Origin: Desulfurellales bacterium
GTDB lineage: Bacteria; Campylobacterota_A; Desulfurellia; Desulfurellales; Hippeaceae
DNA length: 64,000 bases
Assembly: GCA_027064065.1 (NCBI GenBank)
Contig: JAMOQJ010000012.1
Span: 19 to 64,018, forward strand
Direction of reading: 5' to 3'
Positions within the stretch are counted from its first letter, which is position 1. Each line of letters starts with the position of its first letter. The notes beneath the pieces are model-generated. The model ran no database searches. It had not been told where the DNA came from and worked only from the letters and a program-made list of their open reading frames with translations. The position numbers were made by a program, and so were the translations under genes. This document shows, one piece after another, positions 55,838 to 63,998 of this stretch.

Positions 55838-58633
55838 GTGAAGTACATAAAAATCAAGGGCGCAAAGGCTCATAATCTTAAAAATATTGATGTCGATATA
55901 CCAAAATCTACAATAACAGTCATAACAGGACCTTCAGGAAGCGGAAAATCTACGCTTGCTTTTGATGTTTTATATGCCGAAGGACAAAGGCGTTATCTTG
56001 AATCTCTAAGCGCATACGCAAGACAGTTTTTGGAAAAGATGGATAAGCCGGATGTTGAAAGTATCGAAGGTTTATCTCCGGCAATTAGCATTGACCAAAA
56101 AAGCGTTTCAAACAACCCGCGTTCAACCGTAGGCACAATCACCGAAATATATGACTATATGAGACTGCTTTTTGCCCATATAGGAGAAGCATTTTGCTAC
56201 TCATGCGGAAGAAAAATAGAAAAGCAGAACCCACAAACAATTGTCGACACAGTTGCATCTATGGTTGAAAAAAAGGTTTTAGTTCTATCGCCTATAGCCA
56301 TAAATAAAAAGGGCACATTTAAAAACGAGTTTGAGACATTCAGGCAGGAAGGATTCGTCAGGGTTTTGGTAGATGCTAAAGAAAGAATGCTTGATGAAGA
56401 AATAGAGTTGGATAAAAACAAAAAACATGATATTTTTCTTGTTATAGACAGGCTAAGAATAAAAGAAAACGTAAAAGACAGGATTGCTGATTCTATAGAA
56501 TTGGCTTTGAAAAAAGGCAAGGGTTTGGTTTATATAAAGGATATGGATAGCGATGAAACGAAAGTCTTTTCAGAGCATTTTGCATGTCCATATTGCGGCA
56601 TAAACTATAAGCCTATAACGCCTCAAAGTTTTTCATTTAACTCACCTATAGGCGCATGTCCTGAGTGCTTTGGATTGGGCATAAAACATCAACTGGATTT
56701 AAAAAAACTTATACCCGATGAAAGCCTATCCGTAAGAGAAGGTGTCATTAAAATATGGAAAAAAATAAGTTATAGCTACTATGAATCGCTTTTAATAAAC
56801 GCATGTCTGCACTTTAATATAGATATATATACGCCGTTTAACGAGCTTAGCGAACGAGAACGTGATATCATACTTTTCGGCAATCCTAAAGAGGTTATAG
56901 TTGTCAAACAAAACGGTAAGACGTTAAGAAAAAGGTGGGACGGCGTTTTGTCTTTAATATCTCAACAGTTCGCTGAGACCGATAGTTTTAAGGTTAAAAA
57001 AGAGATAATGCAATTAATGAAAGAGATGGAATGTCCTGTATGTCATGGATACAGACTAAATAAAGAAAGTTTATCGGTAAAGATTGCAAATAAGAATATC
57101 ATTGATGTTACAAAAATGAAGATAAAAGAAGCTTACGAATACTTTAGCAATATTGAAAATAATCTCAATCAATACCAAAGACAGATTGCTCACAGGGTAT
57201 TGAAAGAGATAATGGTTAGATTAAGGTTTTTGATAGATGTTGGATTGGATTATCTGTCTTTGGACAGAAGCGCATCAACACTATCCGGCGGAGAAAGTCA
57301 AAGAATTAGACTTGCAACCCAAGCCGGAAGTAGTTTGAGTGGTATTATATACGTTTTAGACGAACCATCTATAGGATTGCACCCGAAGGACACCGATAGA
57401 CTGATACAAACGCTTAAACGTTTAAGGGATAACGACAATACAGTCGTAGTTGTTGAGCATGACGAGAATATAATAAGCGAAGCAGATTTTGTTATAGATA
57501 TGGGACCAAAAGCAGGAAGGTTTGGCGGAGAAGTTGTAGCAGAAGGCACACCAGATGAAATCAAACAAAACGAAAACTCTCTCACAGGTCAGTATCTTTC
57601 TGGCAAAAAAACTATACCAATACCGGAAAAAACAATAGAACCTTCAGAGTTTTTACACATAAAAGGTGCAAAGGTGCACAATTTAAAAAACATAGATGTA
57701 GATATACCGTTAAGAGCGTTTGTTTGTGTAACGGGTGTGTCGGGAAGCGGAAAGAGCTCTTTAATTTTCGACTGTATGTATGAATATATAAAGAATTACA
57801 ATATAGGGCAAATAAGAAGTAACCTATGCCATAGCATAGAAAATATAGATAAAATAGACAAAATCATAAGCATAGACCAAGCACCGATAGGCAGAACACC
57901 AAGAAGCAACCCAGCAACCTACACATCGGTTTTTAATGATATAAGGGAGTTGTTTGCGCAAACTGAAGATGCGAAGATTCAGGGCTTTAGTGCATCACGA
58001 TTCAGTTTTAATGTAAAGGGCGGAAGATGCGAAAAGTGCAAAGGTGAAGGCTATATCAAGGTAGAGATGCAGTTTTTGCCAGACGTTTACGTAAAATGTG
58101 ATGTTTGTAACGGAAAAAGATATAACGAGACGACGCTAAATGTTAAATATAAGGGCAAAAACATATACGACATATTAAGTATGACGGTTAATCAGGCGTA
58201 TGATTTCTTTGAACACATACCAAAGATAAAGAAAAAACTCGGAGTTATAAAGGACGTCGGATTGGGCTATATTCAATTAGGCCAAAATGCTACAACGCTT
58301 TCAGGCGGCGAAGCGCAAAGAATAAAGATAGCAAAATATCTTATAAGCCCGCCCATAGGCCATACTTTGTATCTACTTGATGAGCCTTCAATCGGACTCC
58401 ATATGGATGATGTTAAGAAATTAATAGCTGTTTTAAGAAGGCTTGTTGAAAATGGAAGCAGCGTTATAGTTATTGAACACAACTTAGATATAATAAAATC
58501 TTGCGATTATGTTATAGACATAGGTCCAGAAAGCGGCGATAACGGCGGGTGCGTAGTTGCCTTTGGTGCTCCCTATCGCATAGCAAAAGATTTTAAATCA
58601 CACACTGCGTTCTACTTAAAATCAAAATTTTAA
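55838..58633 (+). CDS. uvrA: excinuclease ABC subunit A
   Basis: Two ABC modules ([26 protein letters not shown]) and zinc modules. GTG start, 931 aa. Confidence 0.95.
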   Translation: MKYIKIKGAKAHNLKNIDVDIPKSTITVITGPSGSGKSTLAFDVLYAEGQRRYLESLSAYARQFLEKMDKPDVESIEGLSPAISIDQKSVSNNPRSTVGTITEIYDYMRLLFAHIGEAFCYSCGRKIEKQNPQTIVDTVASMVEKKVLVLSPIAINKKGTFKNEFETFRQEGFVRVLVDAKERMLDEEIELDKNKKHDIFLVIDRLRIKENVKDRIADSIELALKKGKGLVYIKDMDSDETKVFSEHFACPYCGINYKPITPQSFSFNSPIGACPECFGLGIKHQLDLKKLIPDESLSVREGVIKIWKKISYSYYESLLINACLHFNIDIYTPFNELSERERDIILFGNPKEVIVVKQNGKTLRKRWDGVLSLISQQFAETDSFKVKKEIMQLMKEMECPVCHGYRLNKESLSVKIANKNIIDVTKMKIKEAYEYFSNIENNLNQYQRQIAHRVLKEIMVRLRFLIDVGLDYLSLDRSASTLSGGESQRIRLATQAGSSLSGIIYVLDEPSIGLHPKDTDRLIQTLKRLRDNDNTVVVVEHDENIISEADFVIDMGPKAGRFGGEVVAEGTPDEIKQNENSLTGQYLSGKKTIPIPEKTIEPSEFLHIKGAKVHNLKNIDVDIPLRAFVCVTGVSGSGKSSLIFDCMYEYIKNYNIGQIRSNLCHSIENIDKIDKIISIDQAPIGRTPRSNPATYTSVFNDIRELFAQTEDAKIQGFSASRFSFNVKGGRCEKCKGEGYIKVEMQFLPDVYVKCDVCNGKRYNETTLNVKYKGKNIYDILSMTVNQAYDFFEHIPKIKKKLGVIKDVGLGYIQLGQNATTLSGGEAQRIKIAKYLISPPIGHTLYLLDEPSIGLHMDDVKKLIAVLRRLVENGSSVIVIEHNLDIIKSCDYVIDIGPESGDNGGCVVAFGAPYRIAKDFKSHTAFYLKSKF

Positions 58634-58640
58634 TCCGCTA

Positions 58641-59063
58641 TTAATTGCCCTTTTCTTTTTCTTTGCATTTGCTGCATACGCCATAGCAGAACACTTCACA
58701 ATAGTCTACATCAAAACCCTCAAGACTCTTTGTTTGCTCTGTAATTTGCGTGGTATCCAAGAAAATGTCGGTTACTTCACCGCACACTTTGCATACAAGA
58801 TGGTGGTGTTTCTTTTGAGCGGCTATCTCGTATTTGTTTTTTATCTCGTTGATGTTGAGCTCTTTTATTACACCGTGCTCTTTTAATGTGTGAAGATTTT
58901 TATATACCGTAGCTAAAGACATAGAAGGAAATGTTCTGGATAAATTTTTGTAAATACTATCCAAATCTATGTGACCGAATTTTGCTATTTCTTTAAGAAT
59001 AGCCAATCTCTGCGGTGTAGCCTTGAGAGGCGTTCCTTCAAGAAGCTTTTTAATTTTTTCCAT
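58641..59063 (-). CDS. Fur-family metalloregulator (Fur/PerR/Zur type not resolved)
   Basis: Winged helix (ATPQRLAILKEI), HHHLVCKVCG and CYGVCSKC motifs. ATG 59063 lies 6 nt after GGAGGT; the ORF is open to TTG 59093. Confidence 0.88.
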   Translation of the reverse strand: MEKIKKLLEGTPLKATPQRLAILKEIAKFGHIDLDSIYKNLSRTFPSMSLATVYKNLHTLKEHGVIKELNINEIKNKYEIAAQKKHHHLVCKVCGEVTDIFLDTTQITEQTKSLEGFDVDYCEVFCYGVCSKCKEKEKGN

Positions 59064-59097
59064 GTCATACCTCCGATAAAATTTTTTTCTCAATTAC

Positions 59098-59125
59098 ATT
59101 CTACCAATACAAGCCTAAATGTCAA
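59098..59125 (-). promoter_or_regulatory. candidate promoter of the fur-family gene
   Basis: Minus strand reads TTGACA (59120-59125), a 16-nt spacer, then TAGAAT (59098-59103). Confidence 0.5.
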
Positions 59126-59141
59126 GAAATATTTTTTATCC

Positions 59142-59170
59142 TTGACAAAATGATAGTTTTTAGTTATAGT
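59142..59170 (+). promoter_or_regulatory. near-consensus sigma-70 promoter facing the nrd locus
   Basis: TTGACA (59142-59147), a 17-nt spacer, then TATAGT (59165-59170). The palindrome TTATAgTATAA (59164-59174) overlaps the -10 box. Confidence 0.55.
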
Positions 59171-59176
59171 ATAAAC

Positions 59177-59266
59177 GTATCAAGTATTCTTACTGTTATC
59201 CTGCCTATTTGCCGCTTGGTTGAGTTATCGCTCCATCTATAACTTGGCCAAGCGGTTTCTTTTTAT
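59177..59266 (+). ncRNA. candidate ~90-nt transcript or leader attenuator ending in a strong intrinsic terminator
   Basis: CCGCTTGG (59212-59219) pairs with CCAAGCGG (59248-59255), and inner AGTTAT pairs with ATAACT, followed by TTTCTTTTT. There is no ATG-initiated ORF between the promoter and the hairpin. Confidence 0.35.
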
Positions 59267-59341
59267 ATTATTTTGACATTTATATTGCTCATTGAGACTT
59301 TACATAGCAAATGTAGTTTGATAGCATACTAAATACTTAGA

Positions 59342-59500
59342 GTCGGGTCATAAGGAAGTCCGGTGAAAATCCGGCGCTGCCCCCGCAACTGTAAGGCTGA
59401 CGAAATTTTTCACTATGCCACTGTCGAGATTATGTGGACGCATACTCGACGGGAAGGCGAAAAAGAGTAGGACGAAGCCAAGCCAGGAGACTTGCCCGAC
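59342..59500 (+). promoter_or_regulatory. cobalamin riboswitch aptamer
   Basis: P1 is GTCGGG (59342-59347) paired with CCCGAC (59495-59500). The core reads AAGGAAGTCCGGTGAAAATCCGGCGCTGCCCCCGCAACTGTAA, with the B12 box GCCACTG (59417-59423) and GGGAAGGC. Confidence 0.85.
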
Positions 59501-59546
59501 GGATAATAGAACGGGAGGTTCGCAATGATTTATATAATCCGTTTTT
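59499..59546 (+). terminator. candidate riboswitch expression-platform terminator
   Basis: ACGGAT (59499-59504) pairs with ATCCGT (59537-59542), followed by TTTTCC. The 5' arm shares bases with the P1 3' strand. Confidence 0.4.
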
Positions 59547-59589
59547 CCATATAATCCATATTTATTAACATAAATCTATAGGAGGCATT

Positions 59590-61626
59590 GTGTTTCAAAA
59601 GATAATAAAAAGAGACGGTAGAGTTGTAGATTTTGACGCATCTAAAATTACCGATGCGATAGAAAAAGCCGGCAAAGCAACTAAAGAGTTTGAAAGGGAT
59701 ATAGCAGAGAAATTTACGCTTAAGGTTTTGAATTTGGCATACCAAATTTTTGGAGATAAAATTCCAAGCGTTGAACAGATTCAAGATATAGTGGAAGAAG
59801 TTCTGATAACATCTCCCTTTATTAAAACGGCAAAGGCTTACATAATCTATAGGGAGCAACATTCGAGATTAAGGGAATTAAAAAACAGGGCGGATATAAC
59901 GTTGGTCGATAACTATCTTGATAAAATAGATTGGGAAGTAAAAGAAAACAGCAATATGAGTTTTTCTCTTCAAGGGTTAAACAACTACATATCTTCCCAC
60001 ATAAGCAAAACCTATTGGCTAAACAAGATATACCCTAAAGAAATTAGAGAAGCCCACATAAACGGTGATATACATATACACGATTTGGGTTTGTTGAGTG
60101 TATATTGCGTAGGGTGGGATTTGAACGATTTGCTCATGCGCGGATTTAGAGGGGCAAAAGGCAAAGTATCAAGCAAGCCAGCAAAACATTTTAGAAGCAT
60201 ACTCGGTCAAATAGTAAACTTTTTCTACACGCTTCAAGGAGAAGCGGCAGGTGCTCAAGCGTTTTCCAATTTCGATACGTTACTTGCACCGTTTATTGCA
60301 TACGATAATTTAAGTTATACCGATGTAAAACAGGCTCTTCAGGAGTTTGTTTTCAATGTTAATGTTCCTACCAGGGTGGGTTTTCAAACGCCCTTTTCCA
60401 ACGTTACGCTTGATTTGAAGGTGCCTGGGTATATGAAAAACCAAGCCGTAATAATAGGCGGCAAGATGCAAAACGCTACATACGGCGAATTTCAAAAAGA
60501 GATGGATATGTTCAATAAAGCCTTTTTAGAGGTTTTATCCGAAGGAGATGCAGACGGCAGGGTTTTTACGTTTCCTATCCCTACCTATAACATAACAAAG
60601 GATTTTGAATGGGATAATAAAAGTCTCGATACACTTTGGGCATCAACGGCAAAATACGGCATACCCTACTTTGCCAATTTTTTAAACTCTGATATGTCGC
60701 CCGAAGATGCACGCTCGATGTGTTGTAGGTTAAGGCTCGATACAAAAGAGTTAAAGAAAAGAGGCGGCGGACTATTTGGCGCAAACCCGTTAACCGGTTC
60801 GATAGGTGTTGTAACAATAAATATGCCAAGAATCGGTTATCTGTCTTCGGATGAAAACGAATTTATAGAGCGGGTTTTATCTTTAATGGAATTAGCCAAA
60901 GAATCTTTGGAGATAAAAAGAAAGGTGCTTGAGAAGTTTACCGAAAACAATCTTTACCCATATTCCAAGTTTTATTTGCAGGCGGTTAAAGAGCGTTTTG
61001 GCGAATATTGGAAGAATCATTTTTCTACAATAGGACTTGTCGGTATGAACGAAGCGTGTTTAAACCTATTTGGAGAAGATATTTCTTCCAATCGTTCGGT
61101 TGAATTTAGTTTGGATGTTTTGAAGATAATGCGCGAAAAACTCATTGATTTTCAAAATGAGACGGGCAATAATTATAATCTCGAAGCCACACCGGCCGAA
61201 GGAACATCCTTTAGGTTAGCAAGGATAGATAAGAAGAGATTTTCTGATATTAAAACGGCAAATCAAAGCGGAAAACCCTATTATACAAATTCAACACAGC
61301 TTCCCGTGAATTTTACAGACGATATTTTTGAGGCTTTGGAGCTTCAGGATAGATTGCAGTCAAGTTACACCGGCGGAACTGTTTTGCACATTTTTGTAGG
61401 CGAAAAGATTGAAAATCCAGAAAGTGTAAAGAAACTTATCAAGACAATCTTTGAAAACTATACATTGCCATACATAACCATAACGCCTACCTTTTCAGTA
61501 TGTCCGATACATGGATATATATCCGGAGAGCATTACGAATGTCCGATATGCAAACAGGAAAAACTGGATGCGATAGAAGAAGAGATAAGACTTTTAGAAT
61601 CTAAACTAAAGGAGGTACAGTTATGA
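59590..61626 (+). CDS. nrdD: anaerobic ribonucleoside-triphosphate reductase, large piece lacking the glycyl-radical loop
   Basis: GTG start after GGAGG. N-terminal ATP-cone (IIKRDGRVVDFDASKITDAI) and the class III RNR barrel. It ends after VCPIHGY...ECPIC plus a heptad-like tail, and has no RxxGY motif. Confidence 0.9.
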   Translation: MFQKIIKRDGRVVDFDASKITDAIEKAGKATKEFERDIAEKFTLKVLNLAYQIFGDKIPSVEQIQDIVEEVLITSPFIKTAKAYIIYREQHSRLRELKNRADITLVDNYLDKIDWEVKENSNMSFSLQGLNNYISSHISKTYWLNKIYPKEIREAHINGDIHIHDLGLLSVYCVGWDLNDLLMRGFRGAKGKVSSKPAKHFRSILGQIVNFFYTLQGEAAGAQAFSNFDTLLAPFIAYDNLSYTDVKQALQEFVFNVNVPTRVGFQTPFSNVTLDLKVPGYMKNQAVIIGGKMQNATYGEFQKEMDMFNKAFLEVLSEGDADGRVFTFPIPTYNITKDFEWDNKSLDTLWASTAKYGIPYFANFLNSDMSPEDARSMCCRLRLDTKELKKRGGGLFGANPLTGSIGVVTINMPRIGYLSSDENEFIERVLSLMELAKESLEIKRKVLEKFTENNLYPYSKFYLQAVKERFGEYWKNHFSTIGLVGMNEACLNLFGEDISSNRSVEFSLDVLKIMREKLIDFQNETGNNYNLEATPAEGTSFRLARIDKKRFSDIKTANQSGKPYYTNSTQLPVNFTDDIFEALELQDRLQSSYTGGTVLHIFVGEKIENPESVKKLIKTIFENYTLPYITITPTFSVCPIHGYISGEHYECPICKQEKLDAIEEEIRLLESKLKEVQL

Positions 61627-61799
61627 CAAAAAAGGATATAGAAAGAAGAATTGCCGAATTGGAAAATCAAAAGTCCAAAATAACAGGAACAAAATGTGAA
61701 GTATACTCAAGGGTTGTGGGATATTTAAGGCCAATAGAGCAGTGGAACGACGGAAAAGCCGAGGAGTTTAAAGAAAGAAAAACATTTAAGATACAATGA
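61623..61799 (+). CDS. 58-aa ORF carrying the NrdD glycyl-radical motif
   Basis: MTKKDIERRIAELENQKSKITGTKCEVYSRVVGYLRPIEQWNDGKAEEFKERKTFKIQ. AAGGAGG (61609-61615) lies 7 nt before the ATG. There are ATGA overlaps with the nrdD stop (61623-61626) and the nrdG start (61796-61799). Confidence 0.7.
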   Translation: MTKKDIERRIAELENQKSKITGTKCEVYSRVVGYLRPIEQWNDGKAEEFKERKTFKIQ

Positions 61800-62479
61800 A
61801 GATAGGTGCTTTACAGAAATTTTCGCTTATAGATTATCCAAACGAAATTTGCGCGATAATTTTTACGGTCGGCTGCAACTTTAGGTGTCCCTATTGCCAC
61901 AATCCTGAACTTGTAACAGGGAGCACAAACGGGATTGAAGAAAAAGAGCTGTTTGAATTCTTGAAAAAAAGAACGGGTAGGCTTACTGCCGTTTCAATAA
62001 CCGGTGGCGAGCCTACCATTCATAAAGATTTGCCCGTTGTTATAAAAAAGATAAAAGAGCTTGGATATAAGGTTAAACTCGATACTAACGGAACAAATCC
62101 TGACGCAATAGATGAATTGATAGGGTTTTCACTTATTGACTACATAGCCATGGATATAAAAGCGCCGTTTGAAAAATACGATAGAGTAACAAATGTAAAA
62201 TGCAAGATAGACGATATACGAAGAAGTATTGATATAATAAAAAAGTCCAACATAAACTATGAATTTAGAACGACTGTTGTTGAAGGATTGCTTTCCAAAG
62301 AAGATGTATTGAAAATAGCAAAATCCATAAAAGGCGCAAAAGTATACTTTATCCAACGATTCATACCGTCAAAAACACTAAACAAAGCCTACATGAATAA
62401 ATCCAGTATAACAAACGATGAATTAGACGAGATTAAAAAGGATGTGTCGATGTATTTTGACAGATTTGGTATTAGATAA
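61796..62479 (+). CDS. nrdG: anaerobic ribonucleotide reductase activating protein (radical SAM)
   Basis: CNFRCPYCHN radical-SAM cluster and GGEPT motif. 227 aa. Confidence 0.9.
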   Translation: MKIGALQKFSLIDYPNEICAIIFTVGCNFRCPYCHNPELVTGSTNGIEEKELFEFLKKRTGRLTAVSITGGEPTIHKDLPVVIKKIKELGYKVKLDTNGTNPDAIDELIGFSLIDYIAMDIKAPFEKYDRVTNVKCKIDDIRRSIDIIKKSNINYEFRTTVVEGLLSKEDVLKIAKSIKGAKVYFIQRFIPSKTLNKAYMNKSSITNDELDEIKKDVSMYFDRFGIR

Positions 62480-62625
62480 GTTAATTTAAAAGTAATCAAC
62501 AATTAGTATTTAGAAAAATAAGGCTTTGTTATTATATCTACTTGTGCCCGTTTCTTTGCACTCAACAAAAAAGGACAGCCTTAAATTTGCAGATTAGATA
62601 TTTATTATTTATATAAGTGATTTTG

Positions 62626-62786
62626 TTATTTTTGAATGTAGGTTTTTTCTTTATGAAAAGGAAAAACAAATCTTTCATTTTCTTTTTTGTAAATCGTATG
62701 ACTTCCCTTGATTTTTATACATTTAATCTGGCGTCAAACAGCAACCTTTCGGCTTCTTTGGCTGTTAATCTCTTTAATTTAGGCAA
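62626..62786 (-). pseudogene. hicA-like toxin gene interrupted by at least one frameshift
   Basis: TTG 62786 overlaps the hicB stop and reads MPKLKRLTAKEAERLLFDARLNV* (stop 62715-62717). Another frame from 62733 reads RQIKCIKIKGSHTIYKKENERFVFPFHKEKTYIQK* (stop 62626-62628). Together they resemble one HicA. Confidence 0.5.
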
Positions 62787-62997
62787 TTTTTACTTCAATA
62801 AAGGTTGTTAGTATCTCTTTGCTTAAATGGTGTTTTCTTTCATCTTCGGATAGTATTTCAAGATAAAGCTCCACGGCTTCTTTTATATTCTCAAGAACTT
62901 CTTCAAGAGAATTTCCTTGGCTATGACAACCCTTCAATTCAGGACAAAAGGCATAATAGCCATGATTATCCTTTTCAATTATAACGTTTACCTTCAT
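62779..62997 (-). CDS. hicB: HicB-family antitoxin (short form)
   Basis: MKVNVIIEKDNHGYYAFCPELKGCHSQGNSLEEVLENIKEAVELYLE is the HicB N-domain pattern. The ORF is open upstream to 63072, but that extension looks non-coding. Confidence 0.8.
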   Translation of the reverse strand: MKVNVIIEKDNHGYYAFCPELKGCHSQGNSLEEVLENIKEAVELYLEILSEDERKHHLSKEILTTFIEVKIA

Positions 62998-63033
62998 ATT
63001 TTTTCCCAAACATAAATTAAGAGCCCGCCCAAT

Positions 63034-63054
63034 CTTCCACCTCCGAAGTGGAAG
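63034..63054. promoter_or_regulatory. 7-bp inverted repeat upstream of hicB
   Basis: CTTCCAC-ctccgaa-GTGGAAG, 37-57 nt upstream of the hicB start. It may be an operator or hairpin. Confidence 0.3.
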
Positions 63055-63194
63055 GTTGGGGTATAGTTCCAAAACCCGGATATTCTACATACAATTGCGA
63101 AAAATGCGGCAAAGTGGTTTATTCAAAATCACCAGTGCAGTCTGCAGGATGCCCTGCGGGATCTTCCCACAGATGGAAAAAAAGTCAACAGTAG
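63048..63194 (+). CDS. possible small zinc-ribbon protein or remnant (no ATG)
   Basis: The frame reads VEGWGIVPKPGYSTYNCEKCGKVVYSKSPVQSAGCPAGSSHRWKKSQQ*. The only start candidate is GTG 63048, with no SD. Confidence 0.2.
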   Translation: MEGWGIVPKPGYSTYNCEKCGKVVYSKSPVQSAGCPAGSSHRWKKSQQ

Positions 63195-63396
63195 TTTACT
63201 TTGAAGTAATTTGGGGGTTGTATCTTTACGTAGGGATTATAAGATTTAACCTACATTCTTTTCTTAATGCCCTTATCTACCTATTCGTATATTTGCCCAC
63301 TTTTCTCTTCTACTCTTCTACTCATCCACCCATCCACCCATTAGCGTTAATTGCTTTATATTTGATGTTCATTATAATTTTAGTTTAATGGAGTGA

Positions 63397-63561
63397 ACTA
63401 ACGAAAAGCAAATCTTTGAAGTTGGCGGTAAGAATAAGGACTTTTTCCAGCTAAAAGACATAGAAAATAGCCATCTTGCTATCGACGACATAGAAATAGG
63501 CTTGGGACACAAAATGCCACTGTGGCTATTTGGGTTTTGTTTTAGAGAGTTGACCCGTTAA
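63397..63561 (+). pseudogene. 3' remnant of an AAA-ATPase (DUF4143-type) gene
   Basis: The frame opens straight after a TGA (63394-63396) and reads TNEKQIFEVGGKNKDFFQLKDIENSHLAIDDIEIGLGHKMPLWLFGFCFRELTR*. As far as I recall, the ...FEVGGKNK...PLWLFGF ending is the C-terminus of that ATPase family. There is no start codon and no upstream body. Confidence 0.4.
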
Positions 63562-63677
63562 ACGAAGGGCTGCTTAATAAAAATAAGCAAAAATAATCTT
63601 AAAGAAAGAATAATATTTATATTTCAAATAAGAAAAGGATTTTTTCAAAATCTGTATTTATCCTAATTTCTTATCAA

Positions 63678-63998
63678 CTAAACCGTTTTTTTGCCCCATA
63701 CATAAAGGATGGAGAATGTTGTCTTTACCATTGAATCGCCTGTTGAATATAGCTTTTCGTATAATTTGCAGAATTTGATAAACTGATTTTTCCCTACCAT
63801 TTTTGAGCTTTTTGTATATCTTGCGCCTGTTTTTTTGTGATAGGCAAGCATATCTTTTACGCTTGGATATTTGAATACATAGGTTCTTAACTCGCTTTGG
63901 CAAATAGCGCCGCTTTTTTCTAATATGTCTATATAAAAGTCTGCAGGCTTTAAAGGAAAGGTTGAGCCAAAACCCGTCAAATGATACAGGCTTTTCAT
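63678..63998 (-). CDS. hypothetical protein; possibly truncated by the window edge
   Basis: 106-aa ORF whose first Met lies 2 nt from the window end, so the true start may be outside. No family recognised. Confidence 0.35.
   Translation of the reverse strand: MKSLYHLTGFGSTFPLKPADFYIDILEKSGAICQSELRTYVFKYPSVKDMLAYHKKTGARYTKSSKMVGKNQFIKFCKLYEKLYSTGDSMVKTTFSILYVWGKKTV

Noticed and set aside
59281-59335. TACAT-agcaa-ATGTA palindrome upstream of the riboswitch, considered as an NrdR box.
   Set aside because: It does not fit the 16-bp NrdR box consensus (acaCwAtATaTwGtgt) as I recall it, and there is no second box at the usual spacing.
62617-62811. 64-aa plus-strand ORF.
   Set aside because: It is the antisense of the hicA-like remnant and the end of hicB. 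It is Phe/Asn-rich with no motifs.
63056-63388. 110-aa plus-strand ORF downstream of hicB.
   Set aside because: The translation is low-complexity and hydrophobic (…YLPTFLFYSSTHPPIHP…) and there is no SD. A different frame of the same DNA gives the more protein-like zinc-ribbon reading, itself only weakly supported.
63658-63903. 81-aa minus-strand ORF overlapping 63678-63998 in another frame.
   Set aside because: It is very Lys/Arg-rich and low-complexity. The alternative 106-aa frame looks more protein-like. Neither could be assigned to a family.
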